Source: an uncultured Lachnoclostridium sp. (GTDB lineage: Bacteria; Bacillota; Clostridia; Lachnospirales; Lachnospiraceae). Taken from it: 64,000 bases of DNA. Below the pieces are notes generated by a model. It saw nothing but the letters and a program-made list of their open reading frames with translations, was not told where the DNA came from and ran no database searches. Positions within the stretch are counted from its first letter, which is position 1. Each line of letters begins with the position of its first letter. This document shows, in pieces, positions 8,419 to 15,839 of this stretch. A program made the translations under genes and the position numbers. The stretch spans positions 45,915 through 109,914 of the forward strand of contig CAZLQJ010000001.1 of NCBI GenBank assembly GCA_964561705.1. The letters are read 5' to 3'.

Positions 8419-9933
8419 TTATTCTGCTGATTCCGGATTCTCCTGTATTCCCGAAGCTTCCGGTGCCGCCTCAGCCAGCGGTGTATTTTTGTAAAATGTA
8501 CCTTCATAAACCAGCACACCGGTCGCGATGTCATACATTGCACCTTTTCCATTATAGGTTCCCATTAAAAATTCTCCTTCGTAGGCCAGAACACTTTCTA
8601 TGTAATATTTTCCGGATCCGTCATATTCTCCTTCCCTAAAACTTCCTTCATAGATCAATGCCTGTGTTTTGGGATCGTAAAGTTTTCCTTCTCCATCATA
8701 CAGACCTCCATAAAAGCTGCCTTCATATAAGAGATTTCCCGTTCCTTCATCATAGAGCCGTCCATCGCCGGACCACTCACCCTTTGCAAAATTACCATCA
8801 TATACAAGAATTCCTGTTTCTTCCTGATATTGACGACCCGCTCCCTCGTAGCTACCTTCCAGGAAACTGCCTTCGTAGATCAAAATTTCATCCAAAAACT
8901 GTTTTCCCTGACCTTCATAAAGCCCTGTCTTTACCTCTCCTTCATAGATCAGACTGCCATCTTCGTCATAAATTCGCGCTGTTCCCTGATCCGGCTGATC
9001 CTGGGAAAAACTCCCCTCATAGATTAAAGTTCCATCCTTGGCATAGGATCTTCCGGTCCCGGATTTTTTCCCCTGAGAAAATTCACCTTCATAGGATAAC
9101 CATCCAACTTCATCATAAAGTATTCCTTTCCCATCATAGAGTCCCTGAGAAAATTCGCCTTCATAAAAAACTTTTCCGTCCTCATTATAAAGGGTTCCCT
9201 TTCCATCATAGAGTCCCTGGGAAAATCCTCCACGAAACAGTTCTTTTCCATTCTCATGATATAAAATTCCTGTTCCGTCATAACATCCCTGGGAGAATCC
9301 TCCCTGATATAATACAGTGCCATTTTCACGATACAAGGTTCCGGTGCCATCATATCCATTGGCATGAAATTCTCCCCGATATTTCAATGTGCCATCCGTA
9401 TAATAACTTTCCCCCTGACCACTATACTGTTCCGATTGAAATTCTCCCCGATACAGAAGATTTCCTTCATAGTCATATAAAGTTCCCTGACCATTGATTC
9501 TTCCTTCCGACAAGGTTCCTGTAAACAAGACGTTATCAAGTGCAAGATCTCCCACCAAGCGCACTTTTCCGTTGTATCCGATCATTTCCTGGGAATTGAT
9601 GACCATCGTCTTTGTCAGATATCTTGACTGGATCCATGGATAGATCACCTTTGTAATCAGCAATGGCAGAAAAATCAAAAGAAGCAATGCTACATACAGC
9701 AGTTTCTTCGCAATATACTGATCTCCCACCGCAACATATTCTTTTAAAGACTTTGGTTTTTCTCCAGCCTGCTTGATCTTTGTCTTTACGTCACCGCTTA
9801 CCTTTCCAACAATTGATGTTGGACTGACTACCCGCACAATCTTTCGATACAACAGTAGAAATGGTGCCGTAACCGTCCGTATAATTCTGCGTATTCCATA
9901 GAACAATGCATTTTTTATGTTAAAACTTGACAT
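8419..9933 (-). CDS. Single-pass membrane protein with about 14-15 MORN repeats
   Basis: Basic N-terminus, then the TM LLYVALLLLIFLPLLITKVIY. After it come tandem 23-aa units of the form YEGEFSQGLYDGKGILYDEDG (Y-x-G-x-F-x-x-G-x-x-x-G-x-G). Confidence 0.85.
   Translation of the reverse strand: MSSFNIKNALFYGIRRIIRTVTAPFLLLYRKIVRVVSPTSIVGKVSGDVKTKIKQAGEKPKSLKEYVAVGDQYIAKKLLYVALLLLIFLPLLITKVIYPWIQSRYLTKTMVINSQEMIGYNGKVRLVGDLALDNVLFTGTLSEGRINGQGTLYDYEGNLLYRGEFQSEQYSGQGESYYTDGTLKYRGEFHANGYDGTGTLYRENGTVLYQGGFSQGCYDGTGILYHENGKELFRGGFSQGLYDGKGTLYNEDGKVFYEGEFSQGLYDGKGILYDEVGWLSYEGEFSQGKKSGTGRSYAKDGTLIYEGSFSQDQPDQGTARIYDEDGSLIYEGEVKTGLYEGQGKQFLDEILIYEGSFLEGSYEGAGRQYQEETGILVYDGNFAKGEWSGDGRLYDEGTGNLLYEGSFYGGLYDGEGKLYDPKTQALIYEGSFREGEYDGSGKYYIESVLAYEGEFLMGTYNGKGAMYDIATGVLVYEGTFYKNTPLAEAAPEASGIQENPESAE
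8450..9546 (-). repeat. In-frame tandem coding repeats (69-nt period) encoding the MORN array
   Basis: The YxGxF...GxG units recur every 23 aa across this span of the translation. The repeat also creates the spurious antisense ORF 8658..9497. Confidence 0.8.
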
Positions 9934-9935
9934 TC

Positions 9936-10826
9936 TTACTCTTCTCCATTCTCCTGTACAACGGCTTCCGGTTCCTCGACGATAAGATCACCGATCTGAC
10001 TCATAGTCTGGATCATTGTCTGGGAACTGCTGTGATCCTGCAGTTTCGTGATCACATACACCACTGCCGCCACCACGATCACAACTGCAAGGATCTTTTG
10101 ACCAATCTTCATCAGCTTCTTCATTCTTTCCCAAAAACGAAACAGAAATGTCTTTGGCAACGGTTCCTTTTGATCTTCCTTTAAAAAGTCTTCATAAACC
10201 GGCAGAAATTCCTGAAACATCTGGATATAACTGTTCCACATTCCACTTTCCAATCCCTGAAGATATTCATTCAGCCGAGGATAGATCTGTTTTTTCGCTT
10301 CATCTGAAAATAACAGTAAAAAAATTTTCCTAAGCTGCAGTCCCACATCCTGAACAGTAAACTCTTCAAATTGTTCCACCTGTTTCAAATGATAATTCCA
10401 ATGGATTTCCAGACTCCTGCTGACCGTGATCTGATCTGTTTCCAATCCGTTCCATGCAAAATATGGATGAGGGTTTTGCATTAACAGCCGTTCAAAAATT
10501 CCTCTTGCAATCTCAGCCCGCTCTCTTCGTCCGCAATATTCCCTCTGAAGATGCTCCGTCAGACTCTGATCCTTGCTGTAGCATAGGACGATCAGGAAAT
10601 TCTCATTTTCCCGAAAACATTCCAGATAATCCGTAAACTCCCGTCCTTTGATCTTTTCTTCTAAAAAAATCGTCAGACGTTTTGCCAGCACAGCATCTGT
10701 GATGCGTATAAGCAGACGTGAGACTTCTTCTCCTGTCTGTTCCGTACACAAAAATTCTTCTGTTTTATTGGTTCCTCCTAAATGCCGCATTACCTGGTAA
10801 CTGCGGTCAAAGTTGGTAAATCTCAT
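9936..10826 (-). CDS. Tail-anchored membrane protein: ~240-aa cytoplasmic domain, C-terminal TM and an acidic tail
   Basis: The TM ILAVVIVVAAVVYVITKL is preceded by the basic stretch RMKKLMKIGQK and followed by EEPEAVVQENGEE. The start overlaps the upstream stop (ATGA at 10823-10826), and the stop lies 2 nt before the MORN gene start. Confidence 0.6.
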   Translation of the reverse strand: MRFTNFDRSYQVMRHLGGTNKTEEFLCTEQTGEEVSRLLIRITDAVLAKRLTIFLEEKIKGREFTDYLECFRENENFLIVLCYSKDQSLTEHLQREYCGRRERAEIARGIFERLLMQNPHPYFAWNGLETDQITVSRSLEIHWNYHLKQVEQFEEFTVQDVGLQLRKIFLLLFSDEAKKQIYPRLNEYLQGLESGMWNSYIQMFQEFLPVYEDFLKEDQKEPLPKTFLFRFWERMKKLMKIGQKILAVVIVVAAVVYVITKLQDHSSSQTMIQTMSQIGDLIVEEPEAVVQENGEE

Positions 10827-12559
10827 TGATCTGCACCCTTTTCTCTTACGATTACAAAGATTGACGCTTTTACTTCCGGATACGCTGCACTTACAGCAGT
10901 TACCTCGTATACACCTGCAGTATTTGGTGCAGTATACATTCCATTGGCATCAATGGTTCCTCCATGATCTTTTACCTGCCAGATCAGACTGGTATCCGGC
11001 ATATTGCTGCATACGGCTTCTAAATAATAACTCTCTCTGATATTCAGATTTAATACATTTGGTCGGATAAAGATCCTTCGCTCCTTCTTTTCTTCGATCA
11101 GTTCTTTCCGGTCACGGATTGCCGTCCAGTGGATCCTTAATCGGTCTCTGGAAGTCGTTGCCTGCATTTTCAGCCCGATCACAAAAGTTCCTTTTTGTGC
11201 ATCTGCCTTGGCAGCCAGTTCCACTTGGGCTACATCCTCCTGAAAGATTCCCGGCGCACCAAAATAAGTTTCCGAATCCTCTTCCCCTTCCAGACTTAAA
11301 ACGATCGTTGTCTCTCCCATTCCCAAGCCATGGGAGATCTCCCGACTGAAGAAACGTTTGCCTTTGGCTGCTCCAATCCCGAAGGAAAAAATCTCTACGC
11401 CTTCTGCGATCAACGGACCGCATGTTTCCCCTTTGGTATTTCCGACCCGTTCATTTTCCGGACCGTTCATTCGTTCCTGTCCTGTATACTGCGGACTGTT
11501 CATCTTCCAAAGGGCATCCTGCAAAAATGGGCTTGCTATATACTGCCCAAAAGGCATTTTTTCCACTTCATCGATCACAACTGTATCGCCAGCCCGCAAA
11601 AGGGTAATCTTTGCAAGATAAAGATCCGGATTTCCACTGTCCTTTAAAATCTGATCCATTCCCTTTTCATAATAGCTTTTCTGTACTTTTTCCTTACCGG
11701 AACCATTGCCGATCTGGATCACTAACCGGCCCTTGGCCTCCTCCTGAATCTGATTCTGGCCAATCCGTAATTTGAAACTGTCCGGTATCACACAAATACT
11801 TCCCTGTGTATTTTTTACACCTAGGGTATCCAGCTGATAGGTATATGTATAACGTCCGGATTTTTCAAACAGTCTCTCATCAAAGGAAACCGTCATATGC
11901 GATCTGCCCTCATAGGAAAGACATACCAGATCCAGTTCATAAGAAAATGCGAAATGATCCTGCTGTCCCATGTTCTCCACTTCGATCCTCAATTCTGTCA
12001 CATCTTTTCCGCTGGCAAATTTCGGCAAAACCTGTCGGATTCTAATGCCCTTTCCCCAATAAATCGTCTGTGAACTTTCAAAAAGACTGCTGCTTGATAA
12101 ATTGGTCGTTTCCGGTTCATTTCTGGTTAAGAACAGTCTGTATCCTTCCCGGATCTTATTATATGCGGTTCCATTTTTTTCTCCGCCATTGCTGATACTG
12201 TGTACAGCCTGTGCCTCTTCTTCCTCATAAGCTGCACAAAGATATAAATATCCTGTATTGCGATCTTCTTCATAATCAGAAAACCCTTCCAGCATACGCA
12301 AAGGTCTTACCACAGGTTCATCGATTACGATTTCCCGTCCAAAATCATCAATTGCCAAACCATTTTCAATCAGAAGACTTGTGTCATCCACTGCTACCAC
12401 ATTCATTCCTGTCACAACACCTGCTCCATAAAGGAAGCGATTCATCATTCGTCTCTTATCATTTCCATATTTCTGCTCTAGACGAAAATCATCCACGGAG
12501 AGCAGTTTTCCATAGTAATAATTGTTGCGCTCAAAAGGAAAAAAATTTGTATTCTTCAT
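10823..12559 (-). CDS. Putative tail-fibre or baseplate-peripheral protein with a C-terminal Ig-like (Big_2-like) domain (Afp13-position analogue)
   Basis: The N-terminus FFPFERNNYYYGKLLSVDDFRLEQKYGNDKRRMMNRFLYGAGVVTGMNV is a motif I associate with eCIS loci. The C-terminus is Big_2-like: SLIWQVKDHGGTIDANGMYTAPNTAGVYEVTAVSAAYPEVKASIFVIV. ATGA overlaps occur at both ends. Confidence 0.55.
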   Translation of the reverse strand: MKNTNFFPFERNNYYYGKLLSVDDFRLEQKYGNDKRRMMNRFLYGAGVVTGMNVVAVDDTSLLIENGLAIDDFGREIVIDEPVVRPLRMLEGFSDYEEDRNTGYLYLCAAYEEEEAQAVHSISNGGEKNGTAYNKIREGYRLFLTRNEPETTNLSSSSLFESSQTIYWGKGIRIRQVLPKFASGKDVTELRIEVENMGQQDHFAFSYELDLVCLSYEGRSHMTVSFDERLFEKSGRYTYTYQLDTLGVKNTQGSICVIPDSFKLRIGQNQIQEEAKGRLVIQIGNGSGKEKVQKSYYEKGMDQILKDSGNPDLYLAKITLLRAGDTVVIDEVEKMPFGQYIASPFLQDALWKMNSPQYTGQERMNGPENERVGNTKGETCGPLIAEGVEIFSFGIGAAKGKRFFSREISHGLGMGETTIVLSLEGEEDSETYFGAPGIFQEDVAQVELAAKADAQKGTFVIGLKMQATTSRDRLRIHWTAIRDRKELIEEKKERRIFIRPNVLNLNIRESYYLEAVCSNMPDTSLIWQVKDHGGTIDANGMYTAPNTAGVYEVTAVSAAYPEVKASIFVIVREKGADQ

Positions 12560-13698
12560 GTCATGCTCCTTCTCTCTTCTTCACCTGTCAAAGTGGCAAA
12601 TGCCAATCTGGTATTTGTATCTAAGGCCGCCTTTTCATATTGGCCCAGAACACTGTTCACACCCAGATAGGAATATCCGTCTGTAAAAATATAAGGTTTT
12701 AATACAATCAGATTTACCTCCATCTGAACCGGCTTAATCTGTTCTAAAATTCTTAAAAGGGTCTGATGCTCCTGATATGCCGGAATATTTTCTTCCTTCA
12801 CCAAAACGGTAAAACATCCTGGATCATCCTCATACAGCTGTTCCAAAAGTTTTCCGTAGGATCCATTGTTTTGATAAACCGACCAATCCTGCCATTCGAT
12901 CACAAATGGCTTTTCTCCTGTATACAGTTCTACCAAAAGCTCAATTCCCCTTCTGGTACCTCTGCTGGCTTGAAATTCCATCGCATGCTCCAGCAAAAAT
13001 CGCAACTGACTTTCTCTCCACATATAAGGAGTTTCAATGTCCAGCCATCCTGCCAATTCTTCCAAAAACTGCTGATCCGCCGTCTTCGGGTCAAGTTGCT
13101 GTGGAAATGATTTGATTTCCCCGCCGACATCCTCATACAGAGATTGGAAGACCGCCAGATATCGATCCAGAAAGGACTGATTTCCCATCTGCTTTTGATA
13201 CAATTCCGGAAGATATTTCATCCAGCTCTGTGCCGGAAATGTGATCATAAACTCTCCCAGTGCCACAGGTTCATCTGTCTGTGGATAAACTTCCAAAAGA
13301 AACCAAAGATATCTTCCTTCCAGACCATGGAGCAAAATATCCTGACTGTAACTCATTTCCTTTTTTAAAAACGGTTCCAGTCTTTTCTTTTTTTCCGACA
13401 ATGACAGCTCCGCAGATTTTAACAGTTCTTTTAGATTCATGGTTTCTCCCTGCTCCAGATACTGAATGGTATCCGATGCATAAAAGGAAATTCTTATGGC
13501 TGCTGACCCCTTCTTTTTTTGTTTTCCGGTCATTCGATGCCATATCGTTCCCTCTTTTCCACTGTCCAGGATCCTGGAAAAAAAAGCTGCCTTTCCAAAA
13601 AAACCTGTTTCGGTTACCAGCCCTGAAGGACTTCCCTCCATATGTTCCGCATAGCCTCTGTTATAATCGGAAGTTTTATTGAAAACAAAATATTTCAT
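12556..13698 (-). CDS. Phage tail protein I-like baseplate wedge protein (P2 gpI / Afp12-like)
   Basis: The motif FLDRYLAVFQSLYEDVGGEIKSFPQQLDPKTADQQFLEELAGWLDIETPYMWRESQLRFLLEHAMEFQASRGTRRGIELLVELYTG matches the conserved phage tail region/gpI pattern. Confidence 0.75.
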   Translation of the reverse strand: MKYFVFNKTSDYNRGYAEHMEGSPSGLVTETGFFGKAAFFSRILDSGKEGTIWHRMTGKQKKKGSAAIRISFYASDTIQYLEQGETMNLKELLKSAELSLSEKKKRLEPFLKKEMSYSQDILLHGLEGRYLWFLLEVYPQTDEPVALGEFMITFPAQSWMKYLPELYQKQMGNQSFLDRYLAVFQSLYEDVGGEIKSFPQQLDPKTADQQFLEELAGWLDIETPYMWRESQLRFLLEHAMEFQASRGTRRGIELLVELYTGEKPFVIEWQDWSVYQNNGSYGKLLEQLYEDDPGCFTVLVKEENIPAYQEHQTLLRILEQIKPVQMEVNLIVLKPYIFTDGYSYLGVNSVLGQYEKAALDTNTRLAFATLTGEEERRSMT

Positions 13699-13718
13699 AC
13701 CTTCCTACCTCTTCTTTT

Positions 13719-15821
13719 CTATTCATCGATCGAACAGGAACAATGGATCTGAATCTCATCTGCAATCCCGTTTCCCGGAAACAACAGATCTCCATATACA
13801 TTCCTACGAATTCCATTTCCTTTGGCATCCAGCACCAGAGATCGTACCCCCAGTACACACTCTAGCCGGTCAATACAGCCATAAAGTCCGCTGTAAGAAA
13901 TTTGACCGCCAAATTGCTTTTGCAGCGGGGCAATATAGTTTTCAACTGCCTGACAAATTCTTTCCTTTGCTCCCTGATACTGTGGTCTTGTAGTCACCTC
14001 CAGATAAACGGATACTGTCCCATATGCCGGTGATAGCATTCTAAAACTTACACCAAGCATTCTTCCCGGCTCCAGATACTGACAGATATTCTCGATCAAT
14101 GCCGGTTTTAATCGTGGTCTTTTCTCAAGGCTTAAAGGCTTTACAACCATTTGAATCTCATTTCCACCTCCCGGACTTGTAAATTCTCCTGTTCCTGCCA
14201 ATGCCTTGCAGCTTTCAATCCGAAGCCCCGGCGTTTTTCGGATTGCCCGCTCATAATCTTCTGCTGTGACCATATTTCTTGCTTCTGTTAATTCCTTTCG
14301 CACCCTGGCAAATGCTGCTGAAAGTGATTCTTCCTCCATACCGCCTGCTGCATCTCTAGGATTCCACGCTACGGACTTTTCTAAGGATTTTAAAGTAAAA
14401 TGATCAATCTTTCCCTTCTTTACATTTCCTCCGCTTCCTAGAACTCTCGTATAAGATACCAGAAGAATTTTTCCCTCTGGTGCCATCCCGTGAATGCTGT
14501 CCCCAAATCGAATTTGACCATTGGCACAATCCGCAATATAATGCCTGTCTTCCGGCCCCGAACCGGAAAAATCTCTTTTTTTCTCCCATTTTCGGTAACA
14601 CCCCGGCTCTTCCGGATCCTCGATCAAAAGTTCCAGATTCTCAGAAGATCCCCTTGTTTCATCCAGGAAGAAGATCTCATTGGGAAAGCCACTTCCTTTG
14701 CCTATAACTTGATGCGCTGTATACCATTCTTCCTCTTTTGAAACCAATATGTAAAAAGTTCCATTTTCAAATTCCTGTAATGTAACATCTGACAGCCAGA
14801 TCCTTAATACGCCTTCTTCTTTTCTGGTCTCTTTGATCACAACCCTTTGATACCGTTCCTCCCTGCACTGATAGACCTGAAATTCTCCCGCTTCACAAAG
14901 TCCGTGAGAAATCCATAAAACTGGCTCATTTTCGTCACAAATTTCTTTTTCTGCTTCCAAAAATACCGCAACTGTTTCTTTTTGTGTCACCTTTAACGTG
15001 TTGACATCCAAAAATCTTAATACCGGCGGCATTTCATACTGGCTGTCTTTTAACTCCATTCTAAGGAAATATCCCAATTCCCCATCAATCTGTCTTTCCT
15101 GCATTTCTCCCGGTACACGAAAAGTCAGCTGTCCGTCAAATAAAAATCCAAAGGTTGTATCTTTTAAAATCTCCAATTCCTGATAACATTCTCCATTCCA
15201 AAAAGTAAAACGGATCTTTGCCAGAGGAAGCGTATCTTTTTGTGCCGGATTTCTTGGACATTCTGTCTCCTCCGCCTCCCAGCAGGTCAGATTGATCGTT
15301 TCATTGGCCGGCAGTGCTTTTGAAAATCCCAGATAAAATACAGTTCCCGTTAACGCTTCACGCCCAAAAGGATAAAAGGCCAGATCATGTCCAAGTTCCA
15401 GCTGCTCTCTGTCAAGAAAACTAACTTTGCGATTTTTCCATCCAAATGCACATTGAATACATACGCCCGGAAGCAGTTGCTCCTCCGTCGTTTCAAAAGG
15501 TACCCCCGAAGCTTCCAATCCTGTTCCTTTCAAAATATGAAGCGGAGTTTCAGCCTTTGTACAAACAAAGGCTGAAGCACTTTTTTGATGCCTTACCCGG
15601 GTTCCTAAAAGTTTCAGATATTTTTCTCTGTGAAGTTCTCCTATATGATCGAGCTCATACTGCTGGATTTCTTTCAGCCATGCAAAAAGTTCCACCAGTG
15701 TGATGCCCGGATCATGATAATTAAAATCTGTCCATTCCGGATAATAACCTGCAATTCTCTTTTTTGCTGTTTCCAGCATCTCCTCAAATGTGATTTGATC
15801 TAAATGAATATCCGGCAACAT
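13719..15821 (-). CDS. Baseplate J / gp6-like baseplate protein (700 aa)
   Basis: The N-terminus is YYPEWTDFNYHDPGITLVELFAW, and the C-terminal part contains VTAEDYERAIRKTPGLRIESCKAL and GGNEIQMVVKP. Both are typical of Baseplate_J. Confidence 0.8.
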   Translation of the reverse strand: MLPDIHLDQITFEEMLETAKKRIAGYYPEWTDFNYHDPGITLVELFAWLKEIQQYELDHIGELHREKYLKLLGTRVRHQKSASAFVCTKAETPLHILKGTGLEASGVPFETTEEQLLPGVCIQCAFGWKNRKVSFLDREQLELGHDLAFYPFGREALTGTVFYLGFSKALPANETINLTCWEAEETECPRNPAQKDTLPLAKIRFTFWNGECYQELEILKDTTFGFLFDGQLTFRVPGEMQERQIDGELGYFLRMELKDSQYEMPPVLRFLDVNTLKVTQKETVAVFLEAEKEICDENEPVLWISHGLCEAGEFQVYQCREERYQRVVIKETRKEEGVLRIWLSDVTLQEFENGTFYILVSKEEEWYTAHQVIGKGSGFPNEIFFLDETRGSSENLELLIEDPEEPGCYRKWEKKRDFSGSGPEDRHYIADCANGQIRFGDSIHGMAPEGKILLVSYTRVLGSGGNVKKGKIDHFTLKSLEKSVAWNPRDAAGGMEEESLSAAFARVRKELTEARNMVTAEDYERAIRKTPGLRIESCKALAGTGEFTSPGGGNEIQMVVKPLSLEKRPRLKPALIENICQYLEPGRMLGVSFRMLSPAYGTVSVYLEVTTRPQYQGAKERICQAVENYIAPLQKQFGGQISYSGLYGCIDRLECVLGVRSLVLDAKGNGIRRNVYGDLLFPGNGIADEIQIHCSCSIDE

Positions 15822-15839
15822 GTGAAACCTCCTGTCTTT

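Noticed and set aside
7045-8552. Longer N-terminal extensions offered by the ORF track (6658..7155 and 7824..8552)
   Set aside because: The extensions overlap the preceding genes and encode basic junk sequence. Internal ATGs with good RBS or ATGA coupling (7044 and 8393) give proteins that begin exactly at the conserved family N-termini.
8658-9497. 279-aa plus-strand ORF
   Set aside because: It is antisense to the MORN repeat array. The His/Phe/Pro-rich periodic translation is a mirror artefact of the repeat, and it has no RBS.
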